Source: Octopus vulgaris
Lineage: Eukaryota
Length of the DNA stretch: 64,000 nt
Reading direction: 5' to 3'
Assembly (NCBI GenBank): GCA_951406725.2
Contig: OX597842.1
Span: forward strand, 31,372,001-31,436,000
The translations under genes and the position numbers were made by a program. Positions 25,746-40,522 of this stretch are shown here, piece by piece. The notes under the pieces are model-generated. The model was not told the origin of the DNA and did no database searches. It saw nothing but the letters and a program-made list of their open reading frames with translations. Position 1 is the first letter of the stretch. The number at the start of each line of letters is the position of its first letter.

Positions 25746-26302
25746 CTTTTAAATGCAATCACACAACCACCAACCACCACTACCACCATTTCTTAAAGTC
25801 ACATCATTATGAATTCACCACCACCACAACCTCCACAACCACCACCAGCACAGCTACTGCTTTATACCCAACACTCCAGCCCCCAAACCCCACCGCACCC
25901 AACCATGTCTCTACCCCCAGCCCCTTCCTCGTCCCCCCACCTGTCACCGCAATCCCCGCCTTTCTATTCCAAAGAGGAATCTTTTTGCTATAAATAACCG
26001 TTTTCCTCATTTGTCACTCTCTGGTTTCTGTTTCTCTTCTTCAGTTTAGAGACGGAGTTTCTTGGAGAAGATTTTTTCTTTGATTATTTTTAGAGGGTTT
26101 TTTTCTTCTTCTCTGGTTCCATTTGTCTTCTGCCGATATATACACACACAGACATATACACAGGCATATATATTCATGTATATATATATATATATATGTA
26201 CATACACTAACCTACTTTAGTGTGTGTGTATATATATATACATATATATTAATATATGCATAAATACATATACGCGTACATATATATGTATATACATCCA
26301 TA

Positions 26303-26383
<81 letters not shown>

Positions 26384-26400
26384 CATATATATTTACATAT

Positions 26401-26431
<31 letters not shown>

Positions 26432-26778
26432 TATATGCATAAGTATTTATATATATGGATATATGCATAAATATATATATATGATGTGTGTGTGTATATA
26501 TATATATATATACACACACACTCATATATATACAACCATATCTACATATATATTTACATATTTATATATATATATACACACACACACACATATATGCATA
26601 AGTATTTATATATATGCATATATGCATAAATATATATATATGTTGTGTATATATATATATACATGTATGTATATACATACACACACATTAATATATATAC
26701 AACCATATCTACATATATGAGTAATTTATATTCACATGTGTATACACATGCACACACGTGTGTGTGCACGTGTATGTT

Positions 26779-26826
<48 letters not shown>

Positions 26827-27071
26827 ATGTATGTATCTATGTACATGTGTATAGTATGTATGTATGTTTGCTTAAGCCATTTCAAATTCTACTTTATAAC
26901 AAGCTGAGTGTTCGATATACATAGTTACACATTTGTGTAAACAAAGAAACATTGTGTATATATATATATATGTGTGTGCTTGCGTACATACATTTGTATG
27001 TGTATATATACAGCTGTATACACATGTATATATATATGTATATAGTATATAGCACAATATATAGGTATAGA

Positions 27072-27111
<40 letters not shown>

Positions 27112-27344
27112 GAAGTGTGTATATTTATGTATATGTGTGTTTCTGTATATGATGCTTATATGTTTTGTGCATATAAGGAGAGAAAAAGAGAGAGAATGAG
27201 AGGGAGAGAGAGAGATAAAGATAATCCCAGTTAAGCATTAATCTTTGTGAAGGTTGATCTATCAATCGAAACTCTTCCATTTGTATTTTGATATTTTCCC
27301 GCCTCTTTATCTTGTTATCTATCTCCTCACCACGACAGGCCCCT

Positions 27345-27373
27345 TTGTCTGTCTGCCTGTCTGCCTGATTGCC

Positions 27374-27404
<31 letters not shown>

Positions 27405-27490
27405 TGTTGTATTTACCTGCCTACCTATTTACCTATTTATATAGCCATCCATTCATCGTCAATCTATCTCCCTTTCTGTCTGCCTATCTA

Positions 27491-27525
<35 letters not shown>

Positions 27526-27646
27526 TTCTGTCTGTATGTCTGTCTGTCTGTCTATCTGTCTATCTATCTATCTGTCTGTCTGTCTGTCTGTCTGTCTGTA
27601 TATCTATCTGTCTGTCTGTCTCTCTGTCTGTCTGTCTCTCTATCTA

Positions 27647-27687
<41 letters not shown>

Positions 27688-27714
27688 ATATCTATCTGTC
27701 TGTCTATCTATCTA

Positions 27715-27773
<59 letters not shown>

Positions 27774-27915
27774 GTCTGTCTGTCTCTCTATCTATCTATC
27801 CAGCTCTTTCTCTGTCAGTGTTTTTCTCTCTCTATCTGTCTGTCCTTCTCTCTCTCTCTCTCTCTCTATCTATCTCTGTTTGTCTGTCTGTCTGTCTGTC
27901 TATCAGTCCATCTAT
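27345..27915. repeat. (TGTC/TATC)n tetranucleotide tract
   Basis: Seen directly. Confidence 0.95.
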
Positions 27916-28209
27916 CCATCCTCTCATCCTTCCCCTCCATACAAAAATCTCTCTCTTTCCTCTTACACATCTCACCGCTGCGTAAGTTAGCCATCTTTGC
28001 AAGCAACATCCACTTCCAATATGGAGACATGATACTTAAACAGTTCTCTGGTCTTCCAGTGGACTCAGACCTGAAACCAGTTGGTCACCACCTGCAAAGG
28101 CCAGCTGGAGTGTAGGGCACATAGCCTCTTCTTCCTCAAGTGTCTGCAGTGACATTCTAAAGCAGACTTCCTCTCAACAGATGGCTGATAACATTTCACA
28201 CCCATTGAT

Positions 28210-29095
28210 ATTTATTTTGATGTTGATGTACCTATTGAGTCAAGTACATCAACATCAAAATAAATCATCATCATCATCATTCTCATCGTTTAACGTCCGT
28301 TCTCCATGCTAGCATGGGTTGGACGGTTCAACTGGGGTCTGGGAAGCCAGAAGGCTGCACCAGGCTCCGGTCTTATCTGGCAATGTTTCTACAGCTGGAT
28401 GCCCTTCCTAATGCCAACCACTCCGTGAGTGTAGTGGGTGCTTTTTATGTGCCACCTGCACAGGTGCCAGGTGAGGCTGGCATCGGCCACGGTCGGATTG
28501 GTGCATTTTACGTGCCACCGGCACAGAAGCCAGTCGAGGCAGCACTGGCTTCGGCCACAATTCGGATGGTGCTTTTTACGTATCTCCAGTCCAGGGGTCC
28601 TGGCATCTGCCGGGTGCCAGTCATAGGATTGGTATCAAATGGAAATTGTAGTTGCGATCCCTGTGCCAGTGACATGTAAAAAGCACCATCTGAACGTGGC
28701 TAATGCCAGCGCCGCCTTGACTGGCTTCTGTACCAGTGGCACGTAAAAAGCACCAACCGATTGTGGCCGCTGCCAGCCTCCCCTGGCACCTGTGCCAGTG
28801 GCACGTAAAAAGCACCAATCGATTGTGGCCGCTGCCAGCCTCCCCTGGCACCTGTGTCGGTGGCACGTAAAAAGCACCATCCGATCGTGGCCATTTGCCA
28901 GCCTCGTCTGGCACCTGTGTCGGTGGCACGTAAAAAGCACCCACTACACTCACAGAGTGGTTGGTGTTAGGAAGAGCATCCAGCTGTAGAAACACTGCCA
29001 GACCAGACTGGAGCCTGGTGCAGCCTTCTGGCTTCCCAGACCCCAGTTGAACCGTCCAACCCATGCTAGCACGGACGCTAAACGATGATGATGAT
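28210..29095. mobile_element. Plus-strand RTE 3'-UTR element with a minus-strand copy of the same family nested at about 28264-28635
   Basis: CCTATTGAGTCAAGTACATCAACATCAAAATAAAT resumes at CAAATGGAAATTGTAGTTG (28637), matching the reverse complement of 23135-23190. Confidence 0.75.
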
Positions 29096-29364
29096 AACAT
29101 TTAATGGCAACATTAACTTGTAGATCCAACAAACAAACAACACCAAATCCTTGACTGGTCAACTTCCAACTGAAGATTTTCAACCATTGAACATCTCACC
29201 AATTCCTCTTCCATGGCATCTCATTTTCTGCTCAGCTTCCTCTTAGTGATAGGTCTTTTATTCTTAAGGCGTTTTTCTTCAAACTGCTGCTTTCTGGAAC
29301 TACCACCATCTTACTTTCTAATTCTTCTTTCTTCTTGGCTGTAGTCTTTGGACCCTCATCAAAA

Positions 29365-29816
29365 TCTTGCTCAGAACATTTACCTCCTGGAATCTGTCCA
29401 GAGACGTGCAACCAAACGCATACCCTCCATCAGACACCTACCATATTCTGAGCGCCTTGTTTCCCTGGGCATGGATTCACTGAAGCTCCGGCGTCTGGCG
29501 ACGGACTTGGTAAACGCCCACAAAGTTATCAACCACCTCACCAACAACAACACTGAACACCTTTTTGATCTCCATGTGTCTAACACACGTGGACATGCCT
29601 ACAAAGTCAGAAAACAGCACAGCTCCCATGACTTTCGGAAACATTTTTTCACGCTCAGAGTTGCTGAAGCATGGAATAAACTGCCTGCGTCAGTTGTTGA
29701 CTGCCATGACACTGCATCCTTTAAGGCCCTCATGCTTTCCGAAATCCACCGAAACTACACCTGATTATATATACACTTTAGATGAGTTGTAGTGCACCTG
29801 AGCACTGTACACAATG

Positions 29817-29865
<49 letters not shown>
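29365..29865 (+). mobile_element. CR1-clade LINE 3' fragment
   Basis: LESVQRRATKRIP...YSERL..LGMDSLKLRR...TRGH...FFTLRVAEAWNKLP; (TAT)n tail. Confidence 0.9.
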
Positions 29866-29868
<3 letters not shown>

Positions 29869-30218
29869 CCTGGCCATCGTTCCATTGAACTTTCTCATCC
29901 AGGATCCTCTTATCAACACCCCTAAATGTGTCTCCCACATTTCTTCTCAGACACATCCTTTCTCTATTCCGTTTCCTCTCAGCCATAAATCTTTTTCTTC
30001 CAACAGCTCCTTTCCTAGAACGTCTTCTCCCTGGAATTCACACCATTATTTCATTTCTTATTTCGTACTCAGGTTGTTCACATGATGGCCCCTCCTCTTT
30101 CTACTCAGTTGCAGTCTTGTGATATGCACTGATATAAACCCTCTAATAAAAGCCAGAAACATATGTACCGCTAAATCCTTTGCATCATGTTTTTATTTTG
30201 ATAAAAATATATATATAT

Positions 30219-30612
30219 TGGCTGTGTGGTAAGTAGCTTGCTAACCAGCCACATGGTTCTGGGTCCAATCCCACTGTGTGGCACCTTGGACAAGTGTCTT
30301 CTACTATAGCCTCGGGGCCGACCAATGCCTTGTGAGTGGATTTGGTAGACGGAAACTGAAAGAAGCCTGTCGTATATATGTATATATATATGCATGTGTG
30401 TGTATATGTTTGTGTCTGTGTTTGTCCCTCTAGCATTGCTTGACAACCGATGCTGGTGTGTTTACATCCCCGTCACTTAGCGGTTCGGCAAAAAGAGACC
30501 GATAGAATAAGTACTGGGCTTACAAAAAGAATAAGTCCCGGGGTTGATTTGCTCGACTAAAGGCTGTGCTCCAGCATGGCCGCAGTCAAATGACTGAAAC
30601 AAGTAAAAGAGT
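30219..30612 (+). mobile_element. SINE family A
   Basis: Homology to family A. Confidence 0.88.
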
Positions 30613-30914
30613 AAATGATTCCAGAAGGTTCTACTAAATAATGACTTTACAGTAAAAAATGGGATGGTCAGAATTGGAACGTTTTTGATCATAGGTCTAT
30701 TTACTGTAACATGACTGACCTAGGGCTAAATATCAACTAACGCCACCAATACTAACTCCTGTACCATACATTAGATAGTGTAGTCCTAGATACACTAACG
30801 TCTCTCCAACCCATAAAATGATTTATGTGTTTTGCAATAAAGATGTTTTAGTTTTTCATCAAAAAGTGAACATTATTATTATTGTGGGGGGAAAAGTGGA
30901 GGGGGTTACAGCAA

Positions 30915-31207
30915 TAGTGGGGGTGGGGGTGGTGGCGGTGGTGGTGGTGGTGACAATGATGATATTATTGGTGATGATGATGATGATGGTGATGGCTGTG
31001 ATGATGATGATGGTGGTGGTGGTGGTGGTGGTGGTGGTGATGGTTGTGATGATGGTGATGAGGATAATGATGATGATGATGATGATAGTGATGATGATGA
31101 TGATGATGGTGATGGCTGTGATGATGATGATGATGATGATGGTGATGGCTGTGATGATGATGATGGTGATGATGATGATGATGACGATGGTGGTGGTGGT
31201 GGTGATG
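30915..31207. repeat. (GAT/GGT)n tract
   Basis: Seen directly. Confidence 0.9.
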
Positions 31208-31541
31208 ACACACTGTTCTCAATTATTTTAAACCTAACAACAGTTTTTATGTGAAACTTATTAAAGCACCACCAGAGCTTGCTGCTTTCTCACCCTTCTC
31301 CAACCATGACCTCTCCTGCTGACATTCGACCCCGCAAACTGTACATCAAACACCTCAATATCTCCAGGTTGGGAGTGGTGGTGGTGGTGTGAGGTGATGG
31401 CTGGCTCTTTGGGCTCTGTCCCCTCTGCCTTCATGCCCCCACCCCATTGTCTTAGAAATCCCCCCCCACACACACACATTTATACTGGTCTATGGAGATT
31501 TGCGCTTGTGTATATAGGGTGTGTGTATATGTATGTAGGTG

Positions 31542-31608
<67 letters not shown>

Positions 31609-32249
31609 GAATGTGTGTGTGTGTGTGTATGTGAATGTGTGTGTGTGTATGTATGTGAATGTGTGTGTGTGTGTATGTTGGTGTGTGCGTTAGTGTAAAT
31701 ATGTATATGTTTATATGTTGGTGTGTGTATATGTGTGTGTGAGTGTATATATATAAATGTTTATATGCTGGTGTGTATGTATATATGTGTGTGTGAGTGG
31801 ATGTATATGTGTGTGTACACATATATACATATAGACACATGATACACATGCACACACTTACACATATACACGTGTGTAGATTTGTTTTGGGTGTATAGGC
31901 ATGTGTAGTATAGATATGTCTGTGTGTGTGGAGGTGTGTGTATGCATTATACGAGCAAATGTTTAAAGCGTTTGTTACCACAATGTTCTGGGTTCAATCC
32001 TAGAACCTCACATCTTCAAATAATTTCCTGTCTTAGTTCGACCCAAACATTTCAAGATAGAAACTGTGTTGAAGCCTCTCGAATAGATTGTATTTGTAAT
32101 CCAAATGGTACAGCTCTGAGACAGACACTGCTGCTATCCTGGTTCTGGCTGGAAACTATGTTAAGAGTACAGGTGTCTGTGGTATACTCAGCTTGTCAGA
32201 TGTTAATTTAAGGAGTTTGGTGGTGGAGATGACCATTGTCCAACTGAGC

Positions 32250-32355
32250 ATATAATAATAATAATGAAATTATTGTATACAGTGCTCAGGTGCGCCACAA
32301 CTTGTCAGAAAGTGTGTATAAAGTACAGGCAGTAATGTAGAAATGTCTGGAAAGC
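32250..32355 (-). mobile_element. CR1 3'-UTR fragment
   Basis: CAGTGCTCAGGTGCGCCACAACT matches the reverse complement of the CR1 tails near 29785 and 57315. Confidence 0.6.
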
Positions 32356-32427
32356 GATGTTTGTTGTTCAGGCACCGTCCCTCTCCTCTATTGACAATGA
32401 TGATGATGATGATGATGATGATATACG

Positions 32428-32470
32428 TTCTCTGATGAGAATCCAATAAGGTTCGAACATCGATTAAGCT
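32428..32470 (+). ncRNA. Degenerate hammerhead-like motif
   Basis: CTGATGA-GAATC(caataa)GGTTC-GAAC-ATCGAT-TA; A15.1 is C and stem I is weak. Confidence 0.45.
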
Positions 32471-32596
32471 TGATCATCATATTTTTTCAGTCTGCGGAGA
32501 AAAGGCTAAAATTTGCCCTGAATATAATTATAACCTATGTTACATACATATATATATGTATGTATGTATGTGTGTGTGTGTGTGTATGTGTGTGGC

Positions 32597-32631
<35 letters not shown>

Positions 32632-33005
32632 AGGCGCAGGAGTGGCTGTGTGGTAAGTAGCTTGCTAACCAACCACATGGTTCTGGGTTCAGTCCCACTG
32701 TGTGGCACCTTGGGCAAGTGTCTTCTGCTATAGCCCCGGGCCGACCAATGCCTTGTGAGAGGATTTGGTATATATATATATACATATGCACACTCACACA
32801 CTTGCACATACACACATATATTCACACACACATGTACACACACACATATATGCACACACACACAAACATAGAACACATTCATACTCGTACAGTTATATAT
32901 TGATATACGTCATATATTAAGATGTGTATAGGTTCACACACACATATCTGCATATATATATCCGCACACATATATTCACACACACATACACACATATGTG
33001 CATAG

Positions 33006-33044
<39 letters not shown>

Positions 33045-33312
33045 TGTATATATTTACACACATACACATGTTGATGTGTGTGTATATTTCTCCCTGTTTT
33101 AAAATTTCCAAATGATCTCAGTTTCTTTATTAAAGTACAATAAACACAGTGCTAGATATATACATCATATACTTCAATATATATTCTATAGCATGTAATG
33201 TATATATATATGTGTGTGTGTCTGTGTGTATGTATCTATGTATAAATATATATATATGTTTAAATAAATATATATATATATATATATATATATGCATGTT
33301 TGTGTATGTATG

Positions 33313-33349
<37 letters not shown>

Positions 33350-33617
33350 AAATGTATATAAATATATATTTATATATATATCCACACACACACACACACC
33401 CACATATATATATACATATGTATAAGTATATTTTTAGTGCAAGTAGATTCTTTCTTACTTTTCGATGGAATGACTGAAGGCAAAGTGTGCTGAGACTCTG
33501 TAAGTGATATCATATATGTAAATGTATGATAATATATGCTAATGTATTTAAATATATGTAGTTCATCACAGGTACTGAGTGCTTCCCTGCCTGTTTAACA
33601 CCCCACAGCAATACACA

Positions 33618-33660
<43 letters not shown>

Positions 33661-34038
33661 ACACACAGAGGCTTATACATAGATCTGTGTATGTATAAGT
33701 ATGAAAGCGTGATGTATATATGGGGTTTTATGAATAGCTTTCTCCCCCCCTCTTGTTCTTTCTCCCTTCCTCTCTCTCTTCTCTCTCCCTCCCCACTCTG
33801 TATATGTATTCTTTTATTCTCTCACTTGCTTCAGTCGTTTGGCTGTGGCCATGCTGGAGCACTGCCTTTTTTAGTCGGACTAATCGACCCCCAGGACTTA
33901 TTGTTTGTAAGCCTAGTTACTTATCCTATCGGTCTTTTTTGCTGAACTGCTAAGTTACGGGGATGTAAACACACCAACACTGGTTCTCAAGTGATGTGTG
34001 TGTGGGAGGGGGGTAAACATAGACACACAAACATATAC

Positions 34039-34079
<41 letters not shown>

Positions 34080-34094
34080 GCTTCTTTCAGTTTC

Positions 34095-34510
34095 TTATTT
34101 CTGTATTGCCCACAAGGGGCCAAACAGAGGGGACCAACAAGGACAGACAAACAGATTAAGTCAATTAGATCGACACCAGTGCGTAACTGGTACTTAATTT
34201 ATCGACCCCAAAAAGATGAAAGGCAAAGTTGACCTTGGCGGGATTTGAACTCAGAACGAAACAGAAGACGAAATACCTATTTCTTTACTACCCACAAGGG
34301 GCTAAACATAGAGGGGACAAACAAGGACAGACAAAGGGATTAAATTTGATTACATCGACACCAGTGCGTAACTGGTACTTAATTTATCTACCCCGAAAGG
34401 ATGAAAGGCAAAGTCGACCTCAGCAGAATTTGAACTCAGAGCGTAACGGCAGATGAAATACTGCTAAGCATTTCGCCCGGTGCGCTAACGTTTCTACCGT
34501 CACGTTGCCT
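34095..34510 (-). mobile_element. SINE family B dimer
   Basis: Two tandem family-B units. Confidence 0.8.
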
Positions 34511-34619
34511 TTCAGTTTCTATCTACTAAATCCACTTACAAGGTGTTGGTTGGCCTGAGATTATAGTAGAAAGACACTTGCCCAAGGTGTCATCCAGTGG
34601 GACTGAACCCAGAACCACA

Positions 34620-35240
34620 CATTCCTCAAATTCAGGTGGGCGGTATAATGTGCATATTACCATGTCAAGTTGCTTTAGATGTGCCATGAGTGTGTCACAG
34701 ACTGCATTTGAGTGCGACAGCAGCGTCAATGCAGTGGCATCTTCACGGATGTACATCGCAACTCCACCGTGACTTCTCTCTTTTCTGCCTGTGTGGCACA
34801 CAGTGTACATGGCTGTGTATACCTCTGCATCATGTCTCCCAGGTATGCAATTTTGCTCATGCTTTTGTTTTGCAAGAGGCTTCTGATGTTTGTCAGTAGA
34901 ATTGGCATAATGGATGACTCGGCAGCAGTGGTGGCCATCCTGGGTCCATCACTTGTGGTGGTCTTGTTTGTGGGTGTGCATGGCGTAATTTCGTTTGTAG
35001 CCATGGTAACTGCTGCGTTATCATTTGCACGATACTTAAAAAACTGTTAGTGCTCGGCTGCTGCAATTCGCACCACATCTGCGTACAGCTTTTTGGCATT
35101 CTTTTTCGTTGGTGTGCATAGGATCGTGGACTTTCCTGGGTGTGGGTGCTTATCCAGGGTAGTGGTAACAGCTGTGCATTCTATCTTGCCTAAGCATTGC
35201 ATGTATAAAGCAGCTGTGTGTCCCCTTCTCTCCATTCCAT
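34620..35240 (-). pseudogene. LINE fragment: probable end of ORF1 plus APE endonuclease N-terminus (frameshifted, deleted)
   Basis: ILLTNIRSL..NK; GRKERSHGGVAMYIRE...VICTLYRPP are APE motifs of CR1/Jockey-group LINEs. Confidence 0.75.
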
Positions 35241-35271
35241 ATACAGATATACATATGTATATATATATATG

Positions 35272-35303
<32 letters not shown>

Positions 35304-35306
35304 TAT

Positions 35307-35725
35307 ACTCTTTACTCTTTTACTCTTTTACTTGTTTCAATCATTTGACTGTGGCCATGCTGGAGCACCGCCTTTAGTCGAGCAAATCGACCCCGAGACT
35401 TATTCTTTGTAAGCCCAGTACTTATTCTATCGGTCTCTTTTGCCGAACCGCTAAGTAACGGGGACATAAACACACCAGCATCGGTTGTCAAGCAATGCTA
35501 GGGGGACAAACACAGACACACAGATACAGACACATACATATATATATATATAAAAAATATACGACAGGCTTCTTTCAGTTTCCGTCTACCAAATCCACTC
35601 ACAAGGCTTTGGTCGGCCCGGGGCTATAGCAGAAGACACTTGCCCAAGATGCCACGCAGTGGGACTGAACCTGGAACCATGTGGTTGGTTAGCAAGCTAC
35701 TTACCACACAGCCACTCCTGCGCCT
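35307..35725 (-). mobile_element. SINE family A
   Basis: Full reverse copy. Confidence 0.9.
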
Positions 35726-36544
35726 ATATATACATACATACAGACACATACATATATACACACACACATATATAAATATATACATTCGTACATACATATA
35801 TATATTCATATTTATATATATGTGTGTGTAATGTAGTTTAATATTTTTTTTGTTGTCCATAATTTCAAACTATTTTGTTAAAAAGAAGAAACTTCTTACG
35901 GAACCAAAAAATAAATATATAAATTCAGAAATAAAATCAAATAAAATATTTAAAAAATCAGTGAAATTTCCCAAAAACTATCCATGTATGGCATTTTTTT
36001 CTTTTTCTTTCATCGAGTTAAATTTGAAATTTTCCAACTCCAAAATAGCCGAAGATTTAATAAAACTAAATTCTTAATTCGAAAATATCTGAAATGGATT
36101 TGAAGACAAAAAAAAAAATGAAACAATTTTTGAGCGAAGCGAGATTTATTTTTTCTGATCCATGGAAATTAGAATTTGTCTCCCAGAAAATTGGTAAAAA
36201 GATAATTATGTTGTTAAGATAATTAAATTAGTAAAAATGATATTAGAGAATGGAATAAAAATGGTTTGGAGCCTGGTGTTCAGGGACGGATGGATGGATG
36301 AAGAAATGAATGAGGAACATGGGTGTATATGTGTGTGGCTGTGTGGTAAGAAGCTTGCCTATCAACCACATGGTTCTCGGATCAGTCCTACTGAGTGGCA
36401 CCTTGGACAGGCTGTTCAAAAAGTGTCTCCGCACTGAATTTTTTGAAGATACCATCAACACCGAGATAAGGATTACTCAAACATCGTCTCTCCATTTGTA
36501 GGGGCCAACTCTGTAGGGGCCAACTCTCTGAAAGGGAAATGAAT

Positions 36545-36896
36545 ACTCTTTTACTCTTTACTCTATTACTTGTTTCAGTCATTTGACTGTGGCCATGCTG
36601 GAGCACCGCCTTTAGTCGAGCAAATCGACCCCAGGACTTATTCTTTAGTAAGCCCATTACGTATTCAGTCTCTTTTGCCGAACCGCTAAGTGACGGGGAC
36701 ATAAACGCACCAGCATTGGTTGTCAAGCGATGCTAGGGGGACAAACACACACACACACACATATACAAACACACACACACATACATATATATACATATAT
36801 ACGACAGGATTCTTTCAGTTTCTGTCTACCATATGTATGTGATTGATTGATTGATTCTAGTTTCAGCTCATATATATATATATATATACACACATA

Positions 36897-36950
<54 letters not shown>

Positions 36951-37095
36951 TATGATAGGCTTCTTTCAGTTTCCGTCTCCCAAATCCACTCACAAGGCAT
37001 TGATCGGCCCGGGGCTATAGCAGAAGACACTTGCCCAAGATGCCACGCAGTGGGACTGAACCCAGAACCATGTGGTTGGTAAGCAAGCTACTTAC
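36545..37095 (-). mobile_element. SINE family A with internal duplication and microsatellite expansion
   Basis: TTCTTTCAGTTTC..TCT segment occurs twice (about 36810 and 36960). Confidence 0.8.
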
Positions 37096-37119
37096 CACAC
37101 AGCCACTCCTGCGCCTATA

Positions 37120-37370
37120 ATGCATGCTTTCAGCAAGATGGAGCTACAGCTCATACTTCATGAGTCAGCGTGACTCGAGAAGGTAATTTTATTTTTTTCA
37201 CCTGAGTCCAGCCTTTGTTCCTTGTGATTTTTAGCTGTTCCCCAAGCTGAAGGAGTCTGTGACAAGGGTCTTGGGCCCTTTCACGTTGGATGGCTTCTAT
37301 GGGGCCTTCATAAAGTGGCTGGAATACTACAACAAATGCATCGAAGTCAGGGATCCTACTTTGAAGAGTT
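37120..37370 (+). pseudogene. Tc1/mariner transposase fragments
   Basis: FQQDGATAHTS and LKESVTRVLGPFTLDGFYGAFIKWLEYYNKCIEV. Confidence 0.65.
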
Positions 37371-37398
37371 TGGGACTTGTTTGGAATTAATAACTGTC

Positions 37399-37815
37399 TC
37401 TCCTGAAAAAAATTCAATAGGGGCAGGAGTGGCTGTGTGGTAAGTAGCTTGCTAACCAACCACATGGTTTCAAGTTCAGTCCCACTGCGTGGCATCTTGG
37501 GCAAGTATCTTCTAATATAGCCCCGGGCCGACCAATGCCTTGTGAGTGGATTTGGTAGACGGAAACTGAAAGAAGCCTGTCGTATATATATGTATATGTG
37601 TGTGTGTGTGTATGTATTTGTGTGTCTGTGTATGTCCCCTTAGCATTGCTTGACAACCGATGCTGGTGTGCTTATGTCCCCGTTACTTAGCGGTTCGGCA
37701 AAAAAGAGACCGATAGAATAAGTACTGGGCTTACAAAGAATAAGTCCTGGCGTTGATTTGCTTGACTAAAGGCGGTGCTCCAGCATGGCCGCAGTCAAAT
37801 GACTGAAACAAGTAA
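37399..37815 (+). mobile_element. SINE family A
   Basis: Full copy. Confidence 0.9.
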
Positions 37816-37833
37816 AAAAAAAAAAAAATTGCA

Positions 37834-38556
37834 ATGTATGACGGAACCTGTGGTAGAGGTAGACCGAGGAAGACTTGGGATGAGGTGGTGAAGCACGATC
37901 TTGGAACTTTGAGTCTCAGAGAGGCAATGACTAGTGACCGAGACCTCTGGCATATGCTCTGCTTGAGAAGAAGACGTGTCAAGCCAAATGCATTCATTGT
38001 TGTGGTTGGTGTTCTGCAACTGGCACCTGTGCTGGTGGTGCATTCTGAGTGTTGGGCCTCATGGAGTTCTTTTCAAGGGTTGGGCCTCAAGAAAGTGAGT
38101 TCCTTTCAAGCATTGGGCCTCACAGAGATGATTTCCTTTTGACATTGGGCCTCACAGAGGCAAAATGGTTGAGTTCCTTTTGAGCGTTGGACCTCACAGA
38201 GGCGAGTTTCTTTCGCGTGTTGGGCCTCATGGAGGCAAAGTGGTTGAGTTCGTTTTGAGTTTTGGGCCTCTCAGGGCCAATGAGCGAAACCTTTGGCATT
38301 ATGTGGTGCTCGAGATGAAGACCCATCAAGCAAAGCAAAATCGCAGCCATGGCAATTACTGGTGTCACACAAATGGCACCCATGCTGGTGGCACATAAAG
38401 GCACCCATTACACTCTGCTGAGTGGTTGGTTTTAGGAAGGGCATCCAGCTGTAGAGAAACCATGTCAAATCAGACTGGAACCTCAGCTTACCAGCCCTGG
38501 TCAAACCATTCAACTCATGCCCACATGGACAACGGACGTTAACTGATGATGATGAT
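37834..38556 (+). mobile_element. RTE 3' end with internal tandem repeats
   Basis: GRGRPRKTWDEVVKHDL..LREAMTSDRDLW, then repeated TTGGGCCTCA units and a 3' UTR ending GGACGTTAACTGATGATG. Confidence 0.85.
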
Positions 38557-38569
38557 GAGGAGGAGGAGG

Positions 38570-39905
38570 ATTAACACATCTCATCTACACACCCCACAAG
38601 TACCCTCCAACCTCCACATTCATACCCGTTCCTCACTGTCAGATTAGTCAATGGCACCACAGTTCTACACATTATGCACCCCACCCATGTCCCTCTAGCC
38701 TTCGATATTCAACCCCCATGTCTCACCGCTGTGTATATTATTAATATACCCCACATATTATACACACTCCATGGCCCTCCAGCTTCCACCAGCCTTCTAT
38801 ACTCAACGGTAGAGGGACAATTGGCCGACAGACAACTTACAGACAGGACAATTGTGTGGTATGATGCAGAGTCCTGTTGCCAGACTTAGGGTGTTCCAGC
38901 AGCCACCGTCTTGACCCAGGGCAGCAAAACCTCCTCCAAGCACTTGATGTAGGCCTCCATGTTGAGTCTGTAGCCATGTGGGAATTGTCTGTCAGCGAAT
39001 TGTCTGCACATGATATTCAACATCCATGTCTCACTGCTGTGTAGATTATTAATATACCCCACATATTATATATACCCCATGTACCTCCAGCCTTCTATAT
39101 TCAACACCCATGTCTTACTGCCATGTATATTAACACATCTCATGCTTTATACACCCCCCCATGTTCCTCCAGCTTCCACACACCTTCAATATTCTACGGA
39201 TGCATATTTATTAACACATCCCACACACTGTACACCCCTTGTGTCCCTCCACATTCAACACCTGTGTGTTACTGTCATGTCGGCTAACAACCCTCCCTAC
39301 CGTCCCATCGCTATACATCATTATACACTCGTCATGTCCTGCCAGCCTCCCTCCGCATTCGACACCCATGTCTCGCCATCATCTCAGATAGCATCATCAC
39401 ACTTATTGTGCACATTATACACACCTCGTCTCGTCTCGTCTCTCCCTCCAGCCTCCGCGGGCCTTACGCCCTCACCCCACCCCCTCCACTGATGCTCCCT
39501 CCATACACACTCTTCCTCCGCTCTACCACCACCACCACCACCATACACACATACACACACATATACACACAAACATACACATACACATGCACATATATAC
39601 ACACACACACATACACACACACACATACACACACACATGCACATACACACACACATACACACATACACATGCACACATACACACACACACATGCACATAT
39701 ACACACACACACACATACACACACACACATACACACACACATGCACATACACACACACACGCACACATACACACACACATGCACATTATACACACCTTGT
39801 CTCGTCTCGTCCCTCCAGCCTCCGCAGGCCCTACACCCTCACCCCTCCACCGACGCTCCCCCCATGCACACCCTTCCTCCGCTCCACCACCACCACCACC
39901 CCCCC
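38570..39905. repeat. Old degenerate tandem repeat; last unit duplicated (39410-39540 vs 39781-39900)
   Basis: Recurrent CATTATACAC..CATGTCCCTCCAGCCT..ATTCAACACCCATGTCTC. Confidence 0.6.
38850..38985 (-). pseudogene. Tc1/mariner-superfamily transposase fragment
   Basis: FPHGYRLNMEAYIKCLEEVLLPWVKTVAAGTP*VWQQDSASYHT. Confidence 0.7.
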
Positions 39906-40049
39906 CACTCCCCCGCTCATTTAATTATCTCTCCCACACTCAACCAATCAATCACACAGAAACTGTTCAATAAACAAAACCTCTGAAATTCAATATTGAT
40001 CTGAATATTTAATATTTTCTGTTTAACTTCAGTTCCATACGCAGTTCAG

Positions 40050-40491
40050 TCTGTGTGTGTATATATGTGTGTGTATATACGTGTGTGTATATATGTGTGT
40101 GCATGTGTGTGTGTGTGTATGTGCATGTGTGTGTGTATATGTTTGTGTGCGTGTGTATATGTGCATGTGTGTGTGTGTATGTGTATATGTGCATGTGTGT
40201 GTGTGTATGTGCATGTGTATGTGTGTGTATATGTGTGTGTATGTGTGTGTGTGTATGTGTGTATATGTGCATGTGTGTGTGTGTGTGTATATATGTGTGT
40301 ATGTGTGTGTATATGTGTGTGTGTATATGTGCATGTGTGTGTGTATATGTTTGTGTGTGTGTGTATATGTGCATGTGTGTGTATATATGTGTGTGTGTGT
40401 ATATGTGTGTGTATATGTGCATGTGTGTGTGTGTATATGTGCATGTGTGTGTATATATGTGTGTGTGTGTATATGTGTGTGTATATGTGCA

Positions 40492-40522
<31 letters not shown>

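Noticed and set aside
27985-28200. Possible host exon on the minus strand (EEVCFRMSLQTLEEEE...), also 29100-29345
   Set aside because: Short frames with stops and no recognisable homology or convincing splice sites; may be an old TE remnant.
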